From contig JBHLRZ010000051.1 of NCBI GenBank assembly GCA_048882045.1, forward strand, positions 1 to 16,132: 16,132 nucleotides of DNA. The letters run 5' to 3'. The notes beneath the pieces are model-generated. The model was not told the DNA's origin and ran no database searches. It was given only the letters and a program-made list of their open reading frames with translations. This document shows positions 7,901 to 15,002 of this stretch, one piece after another (position 1 is the stretch's first letter; each line of letters begins with the position of its first letter). Both the position numbers and the translations under genes were made by a program. Source of the DNA: Candidatus Thorarchaeota archaeon. GTDB lineage: Archaea; Asgardarchaeota; Thorarchaeia; Thorarchaeales; Thorarchaeaceae.

Positions 7901-10900
7901 AAAACATCAATGGATCAATAGATTGGACACTCAATGGAGCGGATGCTGGGGATTCACATGTAACAATAAGGCTGGGAAATCCTCCCGTCTTCAACGAGTG
8001 GTCATATGATGAGACTGCACCCTTCACCTTTTCTGTGCCTACTTCTGGGTTTGACGCAGGGATCTATAATCTCACTGTCACGGTTGAGAAACCGTTCTGT
8101 ACAGACCTTGTTGTAGTTGAGGAGGTGACCCTAACCGAGCCCAATCCCACATACATCTCGTCTCTGTCTGCATTGAATAGTGAAGTGGAGCAGGTCTTGT
8201 CAATTGATTGGACTCTACATTTTGTAGATAATTCGACCCAAATCGCAGGGCAGCAGTTGTCTATCACAATAACTGACTCCCTCAATGCAGTCGTATTCTC
8301 GGATTTTGGGGTCTCACGGATAGGTGGAAGTACATTCTCATGGATTCCATCAGCCCGGGGAACCTACACCTTTGATCTTGTGTTTCTCGGAAATCAGTCT
8401 CTTGAGGGAAGTCAGACCAATGGTTCCATAATCATAACAGAGACCCCTATACTTGCAATTACGGTGCCAAGTGGTGCAGTTGCACCAACAGCAGAGAGCC
8501 TTGTTGTTGCAGTCTCTGATAGCTCATCCGTGCCAATTGGAAGTGTGACGGTACACTGTCATGTGAGTCTGGATGGGACAGTCATTTTCGATGCAGACCA
8601 AGTGACTCTTCCAGATGGGACTATATCACTAGTCTTGGACCTGAACACACCAGGTCAACTTGTGCTCACTGCAACTATTGTACCCCAGAATTGGCTTCTC
8701 GGAGCCTCATCACAGGAGAGTGCAGTAGTTTTTGGTTCCACTTTTCTGACGATATCCATTCCGGGACAGCCGGTGGAACAAGGTAGTACAATTGGAGTCG
8801 TGATAACACTGTTTGATTGGAGTGGATTGCCCTTGCCAGGGTCGGATATCGTTGTTATGGTGACTTGGGACAACGGTACTCTCTATCAGTCACACTTTGA
8901 AACGACAGACGGATTTGGCATGTGTACGATTGCTCAAGACTTCATAGAGGTTGGTAACTTCGTGATGAACGCCACCTATTCAGGAAACGGTCTGAATATC
9001 TCAGCAACTGACTCTGTAACGCAAACAGTCTTTGTCACACCCAATGTGATACTAATCCACGGTCCGAGTTGTATCGTTGGGGATACATTTGAGATGCAAG
9101 TAGCTCTAATTGATCCACTTGGTAACTACATTGCAGGGAGGACTGTTTCTATTTCAATAGAGCAACAAAGTTCAACGGTTTTTGATATTCAGGTAGTCTC
9201 CATCGATGGGTTACTCACCGTGGAGTGGAGTCCCTCCCAAGGTGGACTAGCGTCTATAACAGTCCTTCATATAGGAGACCTCCATCACCAAGCAAATAGC
9301 ACCACGTCCGTCACCTCGATTCTGGAGTATGTCACCTCAGATTTCTGGCTCGACCCTTCTCAGGTCGACCTATTTGACTCTACAACTCTGATATACAACC
9401 TCACAAGTGGACTACGCGTGGGAATAACCATCCATTTTGAGGTTCTAGGTATGGACTTGGTGCCTGTATGGAGTCAGAATGTAATAACAGATGCATCTGG
9501 AATTGCTGCTGCAGTCTATGATGCTGTCCATAGTCATGGTGTGCTGAGGGTAAACGCTCGCCCCATTGATGATGAGTTCCTGATAGGAGGTGATAGACAG
9601 GAACTTCTTATTGTAATAACAGACTGCGTTGTTGATACTGGATTAGAACCTACTCCTCCAGCAGTAGATGGCCAAACAAACATCGCGATTCATGTGACCG
9701 ACGAGCTTGGCTTATTGATTGATGGACTCACTCTAACGGTTTCTATGTATGATCCCTATAACGAGCAGGTCAAGCTTGGATACTTCACCATGTCGATTTC
9801 AGTCATCACAGTTGATGGCATAGCGGTGGTTGCATTTACTCCAGAGATGGTTGGTCTATACACTCTTGTAGTTTCATCTTCAGGTGCGACCTCAATCCAT
9901 AGCTTCACTGAAACAGACTATCATACTGTCTACTCTGGAACGCACCTTCAGACCATGGTTTCGACACATGAGCTCGAAGTCGGAGATGTTCTCGATGTGG
10001 TAGCAGTTCTCACTGATCATGATGGGAATCCATTGGCTGGAAGAAATCTGACATTGACAGTTGACGGACCTGGAGCGAGCTTCATTGGTCCACTTGAGCT
10101 AGTGACTGATGCTACTGGGCAAATAATGTGGAGTTCATCACTAGATAATGAGGGCCTCTGGATCCTCGACATCGTCTTCACAGGACTTGGAGTCTACTTG
10201 CCTGTAGACTCCACTGATGACATTAACGTTCGATATGCTACGGTGGTTGAACTCGACCTCATCCACACAGGAGAGATTGTTGCAGGTGTTTCATCAGCTT
10301 CGCTCTCACTACTTTTGAGAGATTCTGGGGGTACACCTCTTGAAGGCTTTACGATCCACTGGGAGGCTTTTCACGAAATCCTTGGTCTGGTCCTTGCTGG
10401 TGACATCATCCAGATAGGTACTGACCCAATTGCTCTGAACCTCTCACTTGATTCAATGGGCAACTACACAATAATTGCCTCCTTTACTGGTACAAGTCAC
10501 TATCATCCATCAAACGCAGCACGCCAACTATGGGTGATGGGAACAACAGAGGTTGTTGCAGATATTCCGAGCTCTGTCGACAGGTCATTTGATGAATCGA
10601 TTCCCATAACCTTCATTGATGAGGTAGGTACTTTGCTCCCATTGACTGACCTAGATATACTGATAGAACTACTAGGTCCTCACGGAATGGTCAATCTCAG
10701 CGAACACTTTGACTGGAATAGTCCCTCCGTAGATTTCACGACTTCAGGACTCCCTGTTGGTGCATACACTCTCAATATCACAGTGAGTCATACTGATCTT
10801 AGAGTTGGATGTGTCATAATCAACGATTTCGATGTGATAAGCAACACAAGTCTAGAGATGACTGATGCAAGTCTGACAGGCAACATATCGGAATCTCATT

Positions 10901-11874
10901 CTTTCACAATTCTCCTCAGAGATTCGATTAGCGAACTGATAAATGATGTCACAGTCTGGGTTAGCGTGTACAACCCATCAGGGAGGGAGATATTTGGTAG
11001 TCCGTTGACCAGCCGGACCTCCGTAGAGGTAGGAAGTATGGTTTCTTGGACACCTACCCTGATTGGAGAATATCGGGTTTTCCTAGAGTTCGAAGGAGAC
11101 GTCTTCCTGAACTCTTCTACACTAGAGGTGTTGATCCTTGTCAGACATCAAAGCAGCATCTCGCTGGATGCACTCCAACTAATAGAATTTGGTAGCATTA
11201 TTCCCGTGACAATAACTCTCAGAGGAGCTCTTGGTACACTCGCTGGGATGTCAGTCGTGCTCACTGTGTTTACGGAGGGTGTTGTTCAAAGTTCGGAGAC
11301 CTTGACCACTGACAGTAGAGGAGTTGCAAGTTTCAACCTTGTAAGCCTTCTCTCTGGAACTCATGTCATTCGAGCATACTTCAATGGGTCAGGCACTCAG
11401 GCACCCTGTACGTCGGAGTTTAATGTGACTGTCACACCTCTTGTGGTGTTTTCGATTGATCCATTATCTGAGATGTATGTTGGTCATTATTGTACGATGA
11501 ATCTGAGCATCAGCGTTCTGGGAACCAGTTCTGATTGGGCAGGAACAGTCAATGCATGGTTGTATGATCCCGAAGGTCAAACAGTAGCAGACTGGTCTTT
11601 TACCATAGGGATTCATTCCATTGAAACCCTCGGATTCAATGCACAGAAAATTGGTACATACATACTTAATGTCACCCTGAGCGGCCTTCCCATAATTGTA
11701 ACTCATGACTATCCTATGTCAGTGGTGGTTGTGAATGAAGTTCTCCAGATTGACCTAGAAGCTGGCTCAACACCATTACTAGGTGGATTTGGAATAATTA
11801 CAATCATTGGAGTTGTATTGAGGAAGAAAATGAAGGGAATAGTTGAGTCACTACCTGGTGAGTGGACAGATTAG
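4972..11874 (+). CDS. Giant secreted, C-terminally membrane-anchored surface glycoprotein: prenyltransferase/squalene-oxidase-repeat (alpha/alpha toroid) region plus ~14 Ig-like domains
   Basis: 2300 aa. Signal peptide MKRMLIVLVLALILLATP. QW/PFTB-like repeats YIESRQDIEGGF, WIVTRTANGDGSF, WFSTNQLNSGGF, YLSQAQYMTGHF (~5800-7550). ~95-100-aa beta-rich repeats with GxYxxxxxFxG motifs (e.g. GTYTFDLVFLGN, GNYTIIASFTGT, GEYRVFLEFEGD; ~7580-11745). TM helix LLGGFGIITIIGVVL followed by RKK. Many NxS/T sequons. Strong SD. Confidence 0.88.
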   Translation: MKRMLIVLVLALILLATPVKTTEPQSFGNRMPLQYGLDTPAANPGVYIDAAPYVVLEMAGGGIAPHGTDWSQLLNGSGIMSQVMDISDVISNPDSMARVSVVLVDASLGSGDGALVSQELIDLLIREDMSLILTGRSSWILHRLRDASPPSLAASATTVLLEAAEFAGVAFMINPNTLAVGASLTTETAIMIPVDEIQTELGRIVDLTGAAPSSVASLRYDSYPLDVFLFAPEDPTQLTATGKGLLENIIAYTTALRESGIANTLAGRQAGSGSLLEGGFSYPHEPTVASTYYAVHSVKSLLTGSEWNTWVADNDELVLSVLESLLVDFGTESGFRTSLTEGIINCMSTAQGLWLITTMDLNSQFMVSEVVSYIESRQDIEGGFENDISTTFHATEALHAAGQLGNIDTTTLETWLRSLVIDGSKTSNPDLWGAISYNPTSLSPTNDYAIKYLRSLEFLGKAHPDPDKLTSWIVTRTANGDGSFRNSQNPDEEYVTGTSSALSSMQILGTLSTSNRTTGLTWFSTNQLNSGGFGMKQKVSDLVAKTRESSRVALSLNLMGETGGSLATGLLSYIDSIRTGVGFEGMDLLPSLMWSSWMLSINRLVHSSGTVDTDLVEAYLEGFETQWRQYPSWGNLTALNAPEYLITQYRTKSVWTQFFGALAMESLGLDFSPNIVSEMILYLSQAQYMTGHFRPTSLMGTPHVQHSVAAIETLFMLDELDTIPYRPALESAMLSEYSSGSWESTGWFLEPFAGCQEAIDFLTTRAALRLSIVTPTMASEIAATVQARIQYTDLFALSFSVATLSLLNTSSFSVSLESIDRSQVLSALRSSSIASSWYNSTIPRQPVITESVLRMVSILGLRPSSLDIVGSTLTASTGATVSLGSDLTLDVTIGSPGSSHSVMIHAFDQWILFENVLDTDSLSIPVPTSETFLGPEEVYAIVSDWGASRAFDSLSVIVEGTLTGSFILGSSTVKIGENINGSIDWTLNGADAGDSHVTIRLGNPPVFNEWSYDETAPFTFSVPTSGFDAGIYNLTVTVEKPFCTDLVVVEEVTLTEPNPTYISSLSALNSEVEQVLSIDWTLHFVDNSTQIAGQQLSITITDSLNAVVFSDFGVSRIGGSTFSWIPSARGTYTFDLVFLGNQSLEGSQTNGSIIITETPILAITVPSGAVAPTAESLVVAVSDSSSVPIGSVTVHCHVSLDGTVIFDADQVTLPDGTISLVLDLNTPGQLVLTATIVPQNWLLGASSQESAVVFGSTFLTISIPGQPVEQGSTIGVVITLFDWSGLPLPGSDIVVMVTWDNGTLYQSHFETTDGFGMCTIAQDFIEVGNFVMNATYSGNGLNISATDSVTQTVFVTPNVILIHGPSCIVGDTFEMQVALIDPLGNYIAGRTVSISIEQQSSTVFDIQVVSIDGLLTVEWSPSQGGLASITVLHIGDLHHQANSTTSVTSILEYVTSDFWLDPSQVDLFDSTTLIYNLTSGLRVGITIHFEVLGMDLVPVWSQNVITDASGIAAAVYDAVHSHGVLRVNARPIDDEFLIGGDRQELLIVITDCVVDTGLEPTPPAVDGQTNIAIHVTDELGLLIDGLTLTVSMYDPYNEQVKLGYFTMSISVITVDGIAVVAFTPEMVGLYTLVVSSSGATSIHSFTETDYHTVYSGTHLQTMVSTHELEVGDVLDVVAVLTDHDGNPLAGRNLTLTVDGPGASFIGPLELVTDATGQIMWSSSLDNEGLWILDIVFTGLGVYLPVDSTDDINVRYATVVELDLIHTGEIVAGVSSASLSLLLRDSGGTPLEGFTIHWEAFHEILGLVLAGDIIQIGTDPIALNLSLDSMGNYTIIASFTGTSHYHPSNAARQLWVMGTTEVVADIPSSVDRSFDESIPITFIDEVGTLLPLTDLDILIELLGPHGMVNLSEHFDWNSPSVDFTTSGLPVGAYTLNITVSHTDLRVGCVIINDFDVISNTSLEMTDASLTGNISESHSFTILLRDSISELINDVTVWVSVYNPSGREIFGSPLTSRTSVEVGSMVSWTPTLIGEYRVFLEFEGDVFLNSSTLEVLILVRHQSSISLDALQLIEFGSIIPVTITLRGALGTLAGMSVVLTVFTEGVVQSSETLTTDSRGVASFNLVSLLSGTHVIRAYFNGSGTQAPCTSEFNVTVTPLVVFSIDPLSEMYVGHYCTMNLSISVLGTSSDWAGTVNAWLYDPEGQTVADWSFTIGIHSIETLGFNAQKIGTYILNVTLSGLPIIVTHDYPMSVVVVNEVLQIDLEAGSTPLLGGFGIITIIGVVLRKKMKGIVESLPGEWTD

Positions 11875-13859
11875 TCATCATCGTCTATTGATTTAAGACG
11901 AACCTGATCAAGCAGTCCAGATACATCATCATCCCAAGAGCCATCTTCCTTCCTGAGTCTAGAATACAGATTATTCCGATAACCTGCATATGCAGTAATT
12001 GGTAAGACATCTAATGAAATCTCAATTTTCTTGGCTGCGTCAGTCAAGTTTTTTGCGAAAGTATAATGTTCGTCTTCTGGCACTCTTGCTATAACAACGC
12101 ACGATTGTCCTTTTTCTGTAATTCCAACTTGACAACTAGGAGCAAACTTCAGGAATGCGCGAGAGAGTGAACATATAGTAGAAGGTGGTCCGTGTGCTTG
12201 GATACAAAGGGATTTCAATTTCTCAGGAATGAGGAAGTAATTCAAATTGAAAATACCATGATTCAACATTTCATTCAGTTCCTGTTCAATTACGGAATTA
12301 CTCAAACCATAATACTTGGCATAATGTCCAATTTCCAAATCAGAGAGGTACATCCCCCAAGATATCAGATCGAGAGCTTTTGCTCCATCCTTAGTGACTC
12401 TGTAGAAACTCGTGGCCCTAGGTTTGTCAAATTCGTTCATCAATTGTCTTAGACTACGAGATTTTTCTAGCGAATTGAGGATGAGGTTCTGTTTGATTTT
12501 CCATTTCCTCTTTTTCTCATTATACAATCGAAGATTGAACGTACCTGTTTCCCAATCAATCAATCGGACTTGTGGGATGATCCTAGTCACACGCTCCAAT
12601 GACGAGGAAGGCATCAACATAACCTGAACATACTTGGGATTGTCGATGTCATATCCTAAACGACCAGTCCATTCCAAATGCTTGTGTGGCCAGCGATGTG
12701 CTGAACCAGAGTAAATCACTGGCTGTAATCCGATCGACTTTTTATTAACAAAACCTCTGATATATAGAGTGTGATTCACCATAGCAAATCTATCACTCCA
12801 TGAAGCCCTGGATTTCTTTGCTTCCTCCCTTGATACAGGTAGTTCAGTTACAATCCGACCACTATTCTGAAGTTCAATCGCATATCTCACAACCCGTCCT
12901 CTCCAGGAGGGACTGAGCTCATAGAGCTTGTTTCTCACTAAATTCCACAAGTCCATTTCAACAGCTTCAGCTCGTGGTCTTTGCGATAGTTCAAGTTGCC
13001 CTTTCTCAGCCAGTTGCATTATCTTGGCATATTTCGGTGGAGTAACATTATCAAGCAAACAACGTGAGTGGATTCTAATCAGAGCTCTAAATACTCCAAC
13101 AGACCTATACTTTATCACAAAATCGATTGGATCTTCATCAGGTATCTTCGCTGATTCCAGCCAAGCAAAAAAGGCCATAATTTGTGTTCTTGTTGCGTGT
13201 GGAAATGATTTGGGCACTATTTGATCGAGTGTTTCTTCCAATGTTTCTTTGATGGTTATTTCATCGAGTTCAACGCCCTCAATCAATCTCGTTAACGAAC
13301 TCCACGTAACTGACTTGTCCTGCAAAACATCGAAAACATCACTATCCTCAATGGTTCCATAGATAATCTCATTATGAACATTCCAGTCACTTTCCATTAA
13401 CAAGATCGGAACTTCATAGGGATTGATTAATCCAATGTGGAGTAAAGCCAAAGTATCCTTTTCCACTATTGTAAGAAGCCTTTTCGATTCATCCTTCAAC
13501 TCTTGAACAGAAAAGAAAGATTTAGTCCCTGATTTCATTACATGTCTTAACCAACCCTCAGAACTAGGTGGATACATCTTCAAGTGACTTGTCTTGTCGA
13601 TAGAGTATTCCATTTCAGCAACTATTATTGGTTTGAGATAAATCTGATAACTGGAAACAGCTTGAGGAATGCTCTTCATTCGAGTAACAATTTGATAGCT
13701 GTATAGTTCTCCACCAGAAGAAGAGATTGTTACCCCATCGTCTAATACGATTTCAGGTCCATCAGATTTGAAATAGACCTTTCCATCCTGTATATATCTA
13801 GATTCATGATACACTCTGACAAGTAATCCGGTTGATTCTCTATTGGAGTGGGATGACAT
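11871..13859 (-). CDS. Large hypothetical protein with C-terminal Lrp/AsnC-like RAM + wHTH-RAM modules; distant paralog of 1356-3404
   Basis: ~662-aa ORF (ATG 13859 or TTG 13862). wHTH-like VTKDGAKALDLI...YAKYYGLSNSVIEQELNEMLNHGIF. Motifs shared with the 682-aa protein: DWETGTFNLRLYNEKKRKW ~ DSEILSMRLNLFDDREGLW; VIARVPED ~ IAYLRLPAD; YRNNLYSRLRKEDGSW ~ YKMTVFNRLYRADRDGW. Confidence 0.72.
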   Translation of the reverse strand: MSSHSNRESTGLLVRVYHESRYIQDGKVYFKSDGPEIVLDDGVTISSSGGELYSYQIVTRMKSIPQAVSSYQIYLKPIIVAEMEYSIDKTSHLKMYPPSSEGWLRHVMKSGTKSFFSVQELKDESKRLLTIVEKDTLALLHIGLINPYEVPILLMESDWNVHNEIIYGTIEDSDVFDVLQDKSVTWSSLTRLIEGVELDEITIKETLEETLDQIVPKSFPHATRTQIMAFFAWLESAKIPDEDPIDFVIKYRSVGVFRALIRIHSRCLLDNVTPPKYAKIMQLAEKGQLELSQRPRAEAVEMDLWNLVRNKLYELSPSWRGRVVRYAIELQNSGRIVTELPVSREEAKKSRASWSDRFAMVNHTLYIRGFVNKKSIGLQPVIYSGSAHRWPHKHLEWTGRLGYDIDNPKYVQVMLMPSSSLERVTRIIPQVRLIDWETGTFNLRLYNEKKRKWKIKQNLILNSLEKSRSLRQLMNEFDKPRATSFYRVTKDGAKALDLISWGMYLSDLEIGHYAKYYGLSNSVIEQELNEMLNHGIFNLNYFLIPEKLKSLCIQAHGPPSTICSLSRAFLKFAPSCQVGITEKGQSCVVIARVPEDEHYTFAKNLTDAAKKIEISLDVLPITAYAGYRNNLYSRLRKEDGSWDDDVSGLLDQVRLKSIDDDD

Positions 13860-13912
13860 CAAGCTATGAACGGTTGCGGGTCTTATTTACTCTACGAAAA
13901 ATAGTCGGTTCA

Positions 13913-13977
13913 TAAAAAGAAAAAGATGGTAGTCGGATACGGCTGAATAAATATCCGTACCGACTAATCTTTCTTTA
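13913..13977 (-). terminator. Terminator-like hairpin with T-rich tail downstream of the small ORF
   Basis: Arms TAGTCGG-A-TACGG (13930-13942) and CCGTA-CCGACTA (13955-13966), extendable by AAAGAT/ATCTTT. On the minus strand it is followed by TCTTTTTCTTTTT and begins just after the TAA of the 40-aa ORF. Confidence 0.6.
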
Positions 13978-14097
13978 CCAGGGTTCAACAGGATCTTGAT
14001 CCGGACTTGAATTTACAAAAAACTCAAAGGGATTTTCTAGATCAAGAGTTTCATAAAACCGGTCAGTACTATTGTTGTTGTTATTCATGGTTATCAT
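13975..14097 (-). CDS. Small acidic peptide (40 aa; 37 aa from ATG 14088), absent from the ORF track
   Basis: Manual translation gives MITMNNNNNSTDRFYETLDLENPFEFFVNSSPDQDPVEPW*. It has an ATG start, is co-oriented with the downstream 662-aa gene and is followed by a hairpin and T-run. Confidence 0.55.
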   Translation of the reverse strand: MITMNNNNNSTDRFYETLDLENPFEFFVNSSPDQDPVEPW

Positions 14098-14167
14098 GAT
14101 TCTATCTGCTGTATACCAGAGAATTTTCGTATGTCACGAAATGCATGTTGACGAGTGAAAAGCGACG

Positions 14168-14185
14168 ACTTTCAACATTGAAAGT
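14168..14185. promoter_or_regulatory. Perfect inverted repeat ACTTTCAA-CA-TTGAAAGT, candidate operator
   Basis: 8-bp perfect arms with a 2-bp spacer, flanked by AGTGAAAA direct repeats (14154 and 14183), in a divergent intergenic region. Confidence 0.45.
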
Positions 14186-14365
14186 GAAAATGCGCAAAAA
14201 TCCGAGTTGTCTTTATTAGGGAGCGCTCCGGAACAGATTAGGATTGAATATAATATATCAAATACATATGTGAGTCTAAGGCCGCTTAAGAGCGTTTTAG
14301 AGCGGTTTGTTAAATAACTCCTCCATTGGACGGTGAATTTGGTGAAGTGGGGAATGGTTGGTTGA

Positions 14366-14426
14366 AAAGATTGCGTTTAACTTACCTGTGTTAATCTTTC
14401 GATGCTAAGTTCTAACGCCAATCTTT
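14366..14426. repeat. Long imperfect inverted repeat (hairpin)
   Basis: AAAGATTGCGTTTAACTTA (14366-14384) pairs with TAAGTTCTAACGCCAATCTTT (14406-14426); the right arm runs into TCTTTCTT. Confidence 0.6.
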
Positions 14427-14478
14427 CTTAGTGGTGTTTATCAATAGTTGAACTGAGTTGGTTTGTAGGGGCATTAGT

Positions 14479-14895
14479 ATGGTAGGTGGAAAAGAGCGCG
14501 TAATGTACGTCGATGCGTGTCCATGTCATCGTCGCTTCGAGGACGAACAGCTCTGCATCAATGAAGACCCAATCAAGGTGATTGTCACATTTGACATTAA
14601 CAAGGACCTGATGATGAGCGAGATTGTTACTGAGTCATTCACAAGGGGGAAGGAGAAGGATGACCTCTGTTTCTGTTTGATATACCTCGATGAGGAGGAG
14701 GACAGGTACTACTGTCTATCACAAGACAGACGTATCCAGGTACAGGGTAACGAGGTTTCAGGGGAGGAAATGCAGAGGGCGCTGGAGATGCTAGTTCCGG
14801 AGAACAGTCAATATGAACCGGACCTGTGCAACGAGTGTCTTTACAATGTCCTAGTTTCCATGAAGGAGAACAGGAAAGCGTCGTGTTCCGTGTAA
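14479..14895 (+). CDS. Hypothetical acidic Cys-rich (probable metal-binding) protein
   Basis: ORF with CPCH near the N-terminus, LCFC and YC centrally and CNEC near the C-terminus. ATG 14479 is preferred over TTG 14458. Confidence 0.75.
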   Translation: MVGGKERVMYVDACPCHRRFEDEQLCINEDPIKVIVTFDINKDLMMSEIVTESFTRGKEKDDLCFCLIYLDEEEDRYYCLSQDRRIQVQGNEVSGEEMQRALEMLVPENSQYEPDLCNECLYNVLVSMKENRKASCSV

Positions 14896-15002
14896 CAAGT
14901 GAGTTCGACCTTTTTACTGAGATTGTTAGAGGAGCAGGGTCTTCGTGTTTCAAATATTAGAAGCTCATTCATCAAATTGATTTATTAGAAAGGTGTGTAT
15001 CG

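Noticed and set aside
686-12627. Many short ORF-track entries nested in or antisense to long genes (e.g. 686-880, 2791-3099, 4259-4801, 6312-6776, 12192-12452)
   Set aside because: They are shadow frames of well-supported longer CDSs and show no motifs or ribosome-binding sites.
13863-14478. Possible replication origin, CRISPR array or MITE in the long intergenic region
   Set aside because: No ORB boxes or adjacent orc1/cdc6, no regularly spaced direct repeats, and no clean terminal inverted repeats with a target-site duplication.
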